The position numbers were made by a program, and so were the translations under genes. Below, in pieces: positions 62,301 through 64,000 of a stretch of DNA of 64,000 bases. The notes below the pieces were generated by a model. It was given only the letters and a program-made list of their open reading frames with translations, was not told the origin of the DNA and did not search any database. Position 1 is the stretch's first letter, and every line of letters starts with the position of its first letter. The DNA comes from Takakia lepidozioides (taxonomy: Eukaryota; Plantae; Bryophyta): contig CM060733.1 in the NCBI GenBank assembly GCA_030704615.1, positions 14,570,001 to 14,634,000 on the forward strand. The letters are read 5' to 3'.

Positions 62301-63335
62301 GTACTGAAATGCACAAAAAAGGTGAAATATCTGCGGTTATGGGGTCCCCTTCCGAGGCTCACGTGAGCCTGGCCAAGCTCACAGGCTCACGTGAGCTCAT
62401 GAGCATGCTCACGAAGTAGCATTCCCGGCCCATTATGAAATAAAATCAGCTGGTTTGTTATCATTGAATGAAAAAAAAAAAATTGATTTGATATTTCCAT
62501 AGAGACAACTTTGCTTTTCAAAGATGATGCAATTATGAAGCAATATTTTGAGCTCTTGGTTGCTTAGCCTGTGATATTTCCATGGAGACAACTTTGCTTT
62601 ACAAAGAGGGTGCAAATTATGAAGCAATATTTTGAGGTCTTGGTTGCTTAGCCTGTGTGTATTGGGTTGTCTCTATTTTATTGTTGATATGTTGTAGGTA
62701 GTAGAGTTATCCGTTAAGTCGAGGGGATGGAGGGTGAATTGGGCTAGTTTGTCCAAAAGACAGCTGAAATGCAATAAATGTCAAAAGAGCATGCAAGCAA
62801 AATCCAAGCAAAAAAAAAGTGACCAAATTGAAAATGCCTCTGGCGGGCACTTTGCGCATATCCGTTAAAGTCGACCAAACACAGTACCAAAAGAGGAACT
62901 AGGGACGGGCGAGCCTGCAGTAGTGGGCCCATGTGAAGGTGCGGACGTATTAGCCTCATATCAGCATGGGCCCCACCCCAACCTCTCTGCCCGCTTCGTA
63001 CCACATCGCGCCACATACCCGGAGATGAATGCCAAAAATCAAATACATGATGAAACGCGTTTTACGCTCATTTCTGTGGACAAAGATAAAGAACAAGCAC
63101 CGAGAAAGCTGATGATACAAAGGGAGACTCGCAGCAGCGCGATTAAACCACTCCGCATACCAAACGACCATGATGAAACCTGTAAGACTTTATTTACAAC
63201 ATGTACAATGGGTGAACGTGCATATGATGTGAAGTTCCCAAAAAGCGGGGGGAGGAACAAAAAACAAGAGAAGAAAACAAAAAGCTATAGTAAGCTACTC
63301 AATCAGCGACGAAAACAGAAGCTATAGTAAACTAC

Positions 63336-64000
63336 TCAAGCAGAGCGACCCTCGCAGCCAACAGCCTGGAGGAGATCAGGCAAGGAGATAGGCAAAATGT
63401 CAGGCAGAGGCGGAAGTCGAGATGACGCGGAGCTAGCCACATCAACCCGATGCAAAATAGAGATGGCTTCTGCTCTCTGCAAAGCAACTGAAACACGTCG
63501 TCGATAGTAGGCGACAAGGACGGAGGCATGTGGGATGCCAGTGGACCCGCTCTTGGCTGCATGATGTGCACAGGTCCGCAGGAAATCGTCGAAGTGCCGG
63601 TGCAATAAGCCAAATATTTCGACCGCCAGTGGAAGAAATGTGTCGGTGGGGTGACGATCGTTGTAGTCGCGCTCCTTGGCCTGGGCTGCTACAGTGGCTG
63701 CCATGCCTGGTGTGGTAGCTGCGCGAGATAGCAGATCCGCTCGAGTGGGGTCGTTGAGAACGACATCTGCTAAGGTACGCAAACCATCTCTAGATAGGAT
63801 GATGTCAACACGGCGGTGTGTAGAGTGGGACGTGAGCGTGGGTCGTAGATGTGGTTGCTCACGCAGTACATGATATCCTGCCTCCCGAGCAATAGATGCC
63901 ACCGCATCGCGAACCATATCATGAGACGCAGTGCGCTCACCACTACATGGACAGCGGAGGAGATGGATGACAAAGTCATCGATGGGCTGAAGACAGGCGC
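63336..64000 (-). mobile_element. 3' part of a CRE/R2-group non-LTR retrotransposon ORF (zinc knuckle plus restriction-like endonuclease); runs off the window
   Basis: ACLQPIDD..HLLRC..RTASHDMVRD, RRVDI..LADV, AKERDY, FLPLAVEIFG, VSVALQR. Confidence 0.85.

Overview
Eukaryotic nuclear DNA, most consistent with a non-seed land plant (bryophyte/lycophyte-like TE families). About 80% of the window is transposable-element derived. One clearly intact host gene: a six-exon RKD-type RWP-RK transcription factor (minus strand, 30233-35353, 510 aa). Remnant exons of a cyclophilin-like gene lie at 4172-5598. TE content: a hAT transposase pseudogene; an internally deleted Tcn1-like chromovirus (6044-23351) with a Tf1-type self-priming site; a young non-chromovirus Ty3/gypsy element (6244-19295) nested in its 5' LTR and carrying extra ORFs both before gag and after pol; a Galadriel-like chromovirus (48820-55759); copia, MULE and CRE-like LINE remnants; two decayed Helitron-like copies with an AP-endonuclease domain; and CACTA-type termini. 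The most unusual items are a 130-bp, TSD-flanked, highly structured SINE-like element present in two copies with structure-preserving changes, and the extra-ORF architecture of the nested retroelement. All family assignments come from motif recognition by eye, not database searches.
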